Assembly (NCBI GenBank): GCA_050273025.1
Contig: CP158636.1
Location: forward strand, 9,424,001-9,488,000
Direction: 5' to 3'
Length of the DNA stretch: 64,000 nucleotides
From: Cenococcum geophilum
Taxonomy: Eukaryota
Under the pieces are notes generated by a model. The model did not search any database. It was given only the letters and a program-made list of their open reading frames with translations, and was not told where the DNA came from. Numbering within the stretch: the first letter of the stretch is position 1; every line of letters begins with the position of its first letter. The position numbers were made by a program, and so were the translations under genes. Shown piece by piece: positions 59,501-64,000 of this stretch.

Positions 59501-62481
59501 TATCCAAAGGGCCTAGGTATGTGTTAATCCAACACGCTTATAATATGTCCCATATATACTTAGCACTAATATTCTATAGCCATCTACCTATTTGGAATCA
59601 GGTGCCTTTATCAACAATATAAAGTACGGGCTTGCTATTAATATACATAATATCAACGATAATACAGTAGTTAAAATTAACGTCGTCCTTTAAGGTAAAT
59701 CTAAATCTGCCTAGTAACTTTCCGTGCTTTTAACAGTACGAGCAGTAGCGGGTAATATGCTTAAGGGTCTTACGGTTAGTATTATTTTCATAGCCAGTAC
59801 GGTCTAATATTCTCTTAAGTCGCTCTACTAACGGATATCCAAAGCGTCGGTGTAGGCGTCGTAATTCTACATCAGTTAAATAGCATAGGTTTTAGTTAAA
59901 AGACTCCGTAATAAACATATGTAGTGAAGTATTCCACAATAAAAACGGGTGTCCGAATCGGCGTACGACTAGTACAGTCTTTAAGGGGGTTATTAGGGCA
60001 TTCTTCAGGTTGTTAAAGTACACTTATAGGTTATCTATATCTACTAGGCAAAGCAGAAAAGGGGTATCAACTTTAACAACGTAAAACTCTACTATACCTA
60101 TCGGTGTAGCTACCTTAATAGAACCAATAGAAGATATAGAGCTTATTCCGAACTATACGCTAACTATACCTCTCGTAGACTCGTTTAACTGTGCTTTATC
60201 AATCTTCTAAAGTACAAGAAATTAACCGTATCCTGCTGTAGAACGTTTAGAGGCTCTAGTGTCAATCATTACACCTATAAACTTCGTAGAAGTGTAGCGT
60301 AAGGTCATATTATACGCAAACGGGTTTATGTCAGTATGGAATGTATCTATCATTATATCAATGGTTATAACTACGTGGCTACATGCTCTATTAGCTAGTT
60401 CTAAAGCTATAGCAGTTACATTATCTAGTTCGATTTCGCCGTGCGAAGTATAGTATACTATGGCCTGGTCGTCCTCGTCTAATAAAGTGCTAGGGTCCAT
60501 ATCAACTACCAGGGCGTTAAATGCGTCGGTAGTCTTATCATCCAAGTTATTATCCTCATTATTATTGCCTTTATAGTCCATAATATATTGCTTCATTCGC
60601 TCCTAGAAGCGGTCCTTAAACTTATTTTTAAACTTAGTCTTAGACTCTTCTTACTCCTCCTTAGTATGTTTCTATAAGTAACATCCTTCCTTATTATATA
60701 CAAAGCAATATGGTTTCTATCGGTTGCGGTTATACGGGGGGTTGCTGCGGTTGCTACGGTTATTACGGTCATAGTTATTGTCTCTTCTATAGAATTATCG
60801 GTCCGTAAAGAAAGCTTATATCTTCTCCACATACTCTTTCTTATATGCTGTAATAGACAATTAAAGTTTATTAATAAGGGCTCTAAGGTTATCTGGTGGG
60901 TCAGAGACTGCATATCTACATGCTCGTATTCCCTAGCAAGAAGTAACGATTTTATTATAAAGGAAGTCCATAGTTTACAAGGTAGGTTTAAGGCCATACT
61001 ATAGTTAACAAAGTCTGTAAATTAATAATTGGAGGCATTCGCTTATAGACTTGTCTATATTTCCTGCTATTACTATTATAAGTGTAATAGTGTTCTACTT
61101 GTCTAGGTTCTTACGTTAAAATCCTAGTCCTTTAAAGAAATTTTAAAGGTGCTTACAAGCTTTAGCGAATAATAGGCGGGACAGTTAGTTTGTATAGAAG
61201 TGGTCTAGAGCTAGTCCTTTCAACATAGTAGGGAATGCCTTAAGGTAAGCTTCTTGGGGTACATCCGCTTAATTACAGATATCGTAAAATATTATCAATT
61301 TATAGTTAAGGCTTTCGTTTATACTACCATATTTCTACTCCTCTGTATATATCTTAGCTGCATTTACAATTTCCTTTCCATAGCCGGTTATAGTGATAGG
61401 GCGGTTCTCCTCGTCTGTAGGTTATATGTGGAGTTACTACATTATTGTTTTAGGTTGAGGCGTAACAGATAGTATAAAGGTAGAAGTAGTCATAGGTTAA
61501 GGTAAAGGGGAAAGTATAGGCACTAAGGAATGTCTTGCTTGTTGTTCCTCTGGGGTTTCGTGTGTTTTATAATACTTAATAGTTCTTAACTTAATAGCCG
61601 TGTTAAACTTTTTCTTAAGTGTGTTCATCTCTTCTCTAGTCCACTCCGTTTAGTCCTCTTCTTATGCTATATCGTATAAAGATTAAGGGAGTAATTTGCC
61701 TCGTTTATGGTTAGTATTAACCCATACTCCTTTAGTATTTAGACAATCGCGTAGTTTCTAAAGCTAGTATAAGGGGATTTACGTGAAGATATCAACCGTA
61801 AAGTCCTTAAAATCTCCCTAGAACGATTCCCAGAGTGTTAAGTCTAGCTAGTTGTGTATCTCCGTATATACGTACATCTTACATTATACGTAGTTAGTTA
61901 GGTCATCCTTGGAGGCTTCTGTTGGGTTAATTCCATCTTCCCATTTAGTTGCTTCTTTCTCCCAGTCTTTCTCCGTTTCTAACATCTTATATTATTTAAG
62001 TAGGGTAAGGGTAAAGGTAGGGTGAAGGTAGGGGAACGGTTAAGGAGGCGGTTAAGGGGGCGGTTTAAGTTGGTTAAGGGGATAAGGTGTTCTACGTGGT
62101 AATCTTCTAAAATAAATAGATAGAACGAGATGTCTAGTAGTCGTCGCAGATACCAGACAAGTACTCCTAGGTAGTTTCTCTTCTTCTCTTCAACTAAAAT
62201 AGGCTAATACAAAAGGTGGATAAGTATAACTATCTTTTAATCTGCTATAAGGTGGACAATACAACTGTCTTCTAAGCTATCTGCGTATTTCCTAATCTAT
62301 ACGCGCTTACTAATTAGTATTAGGATACTTTAATATAGTGCAATAGACGTAATATACGTGCAGTGCGGTGTGTAATTGGATTCTTAAGGTTTTACTCTAC
62401 AATGCAATGTTGATAATATATACGCGTCTCGCGTAAGTCACGTGCTATGCACGTGACACGTGAAACGAATATATACCGACA
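56578..62481 (-). mobile_element. Full-length GalEa-like copia element D nested in E
   Basis: 164-bp LTRs at 56578-56741 and 62318-62481; perfect TSD CTATT; ACTAATTAGT at 62309-62318. Motifs: PR MIDTRAS ~60260, LRRLHRRFGYP ~59850, integrase, RT IVGLQTDDTL ~58070-58090, RNase H. Confidence 0.95.
56830..57104 (-). repeat. LTR-like insert sharing its terminus with gypsy-B LTRs
   Basis: Ends GCAAGGTGTCACGGGGTAGTCCTGTAACA, like 17711 and 42322; internal CTGCCATATT repeats; candidate TSD CTTCT/CTTCC. The left boundary is uncertain. Confidence 0.65.
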
Positions 62482-64000
62482 CTATTTTTACGGACCTCTA
62501 TTAGAAGGCTGATATCCCTAAATAGGAGTTTAGCTAAGCCTACTCTACTATGCTACGCGGCCTAGCCCTTAATTACTATTACACTAACCTTAAAAGTAAC
62601 CCCCTTGGTGCTCCCTTTAATAAGCTATATAAAGCTATATATAACTACTTTAAAGGGCTAGAATATAAGCGTGACATCCTTATATAATAGAATGTAATTA
62701 AGTTACGGACCGTAATTAATAAGAATACTAAAAAATCGACTATAGAGTGCTTACAAATTCTTATTAAAGACCTTCGGCACCTATAGTACGGCCTTAATAT
62801 TAAGCTTTAAATAGACGACTTTTGTATAATAAACTTATTATGGCTTGTTAGAAAGTAGAGCCCTATAAATATACCTATTATAAGCCTATAGATACCCTAA
62901 CTAGCCTTATTAATGATTTACGGTCCTCTATTATAATATATAAAGTCTTAAACCCACTAGGCAGTACTTAAGCCTTTATTACAGACCTATAAAACCTATA
63001 AACTAACTTAGACGCCTACTTTACGGACCGCCGCTACCGCTAGCAGTACCCGTACCGACTAAGTCCTACCCGTAACCCCTGTAGTAACTCCTATACAAAA
63101 GTATACCCCTATAAACAAACCAGCTAAAAGTGCTTTATATGCGGTAAGGAAGGATATTAGTCTATAAGGTATACCTAGGAAGAACGTAATAAGTCTAAGA
63201 AGAGATTTAATAATTGGATTAACTAGTTTATCTTAAACTATAAAGGAAAGGAAGCAAAGGAGCCTCTTAATAAGTTAATGGAAGCCCTTATAATTGATTT
63301 TAACTTAAATACTTAGGAATAGGAGATCTTAGAGACGTTCCTAACTACTTTTAGACCTTTTATAGATGGCTAAGCCTTTAATATTACGACCGTATTAGCT
63401 AACTGCTCCTTTATACACTTAATTACACCTAAAAACTAGCCCGTAAGCATACCTGTTAAACCCGCTATAGACGTTATAGACCGTAAATAGGACCTATTTG
63501 CATATATTACTACGGAACGCTATACCCCTAAAGAATTCTATAGCGTTATAATCGATATAGGTGCCTTTAAGAAGTTTACTATAGGTTATGGATAATACCT
63601 TGCATATAAGACCACCGTAAATAATAATACGGATATTAATACTATATAAACTGGGGCTGTAAACGTCTAATTTGGCATCGGCTTAACTATATTAATTGGA
63701 TTAGTTACAGTTAAGACCCTAATTAGCCTAGTTAACTTCTACGTAATAAAAGCGGATACCCCTTTTCTACTCTATCTTGCGGATATAGATAGGTTATAGG
63801 TTTACTACAATAATGTTACGGACACCGTAATTAGCCCCGTAACTGCCTAAGAAGTAAGTATATTACCCTACTAATTATACGACAATTTAGATACCCGTTC
63901 CTTATATAGGGAGAGACTTTACAGACCTATATTTAGGAATCTTTTAACTATAACCCGTGCTACCTTACTAGTACTAAAATCCACCGCCTGTACTACTATT

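Larger units (their letters stand above)
55193..64000 (+). mobile_element. GalEa-like copia element E, RIP-degenerate, interrupted by D and running off the window
   Basis: Putative 5' LTR ~55193-55444 followed by ACTAATTAGT. Gag similar to C and D (LVKLYT…KYSGEND; MLRGLALDYYY ~62550), PR IIDTGA ~63550, ADTPFLL ~63750, RRFGHPF ~63880. The LTR start is uncertain. Confidence 0.82.

Noticed and set aside
1..64000. Starship element (DUF3435 captain), tRNA/rRNA genes, telomeric repeats, small Cys-rich effector genes
   Set aside because: I saw no tyrosine-recombinase-like frame, structured-RNA signature, (TTAGGG)n array or signal-peptide ORF. A heavily RIP-mutated relic could have been missed.

Overview
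This window is from a filamentous-ascomycete (Pezizomycotina) genome. Roughly 85-90% of it is AT-rich, nested transposon debris showing the C>T/G>A (mostly CpA>TpA) pattern expected from repeat-induced point mutation (RIP). Only two intact, intron-containing host genes are supported, and they are divergently oriented on small GC-balanced islands: a 6-exon Dal5/ACS-family MFS transporter (38371-40250, -, ~519 aa) and a 4-exon alpha-arrestin ending in PPPPY (47061-48526, +, ~418 aa). The repeat fraction resolves into: a Ty1/copia element; three GalEa-like copia elements (hairpin site instead of a tRNA PBS, QTDD RT motif); two nested Ty3/gypsy elements; two full-length Tad1-like LINEs; a TSD-flanked ORF1-only LINE derivative; a piggyBac relic; a complete hAT element; a Pif1-helicase (Helitron-like) relic; three ~430-bp fold-back MITEs; several solo LTRs; and an inverted 12/15-bp satellite-like array. 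Almost all ORF-track entries outside the two genes are spurious or are fragments of RIP-destroyed TE frames. Protein motifs in TEs were read by mentally reverting RIP changes. No database searches were run, and coordinates marked ~ are approximate.
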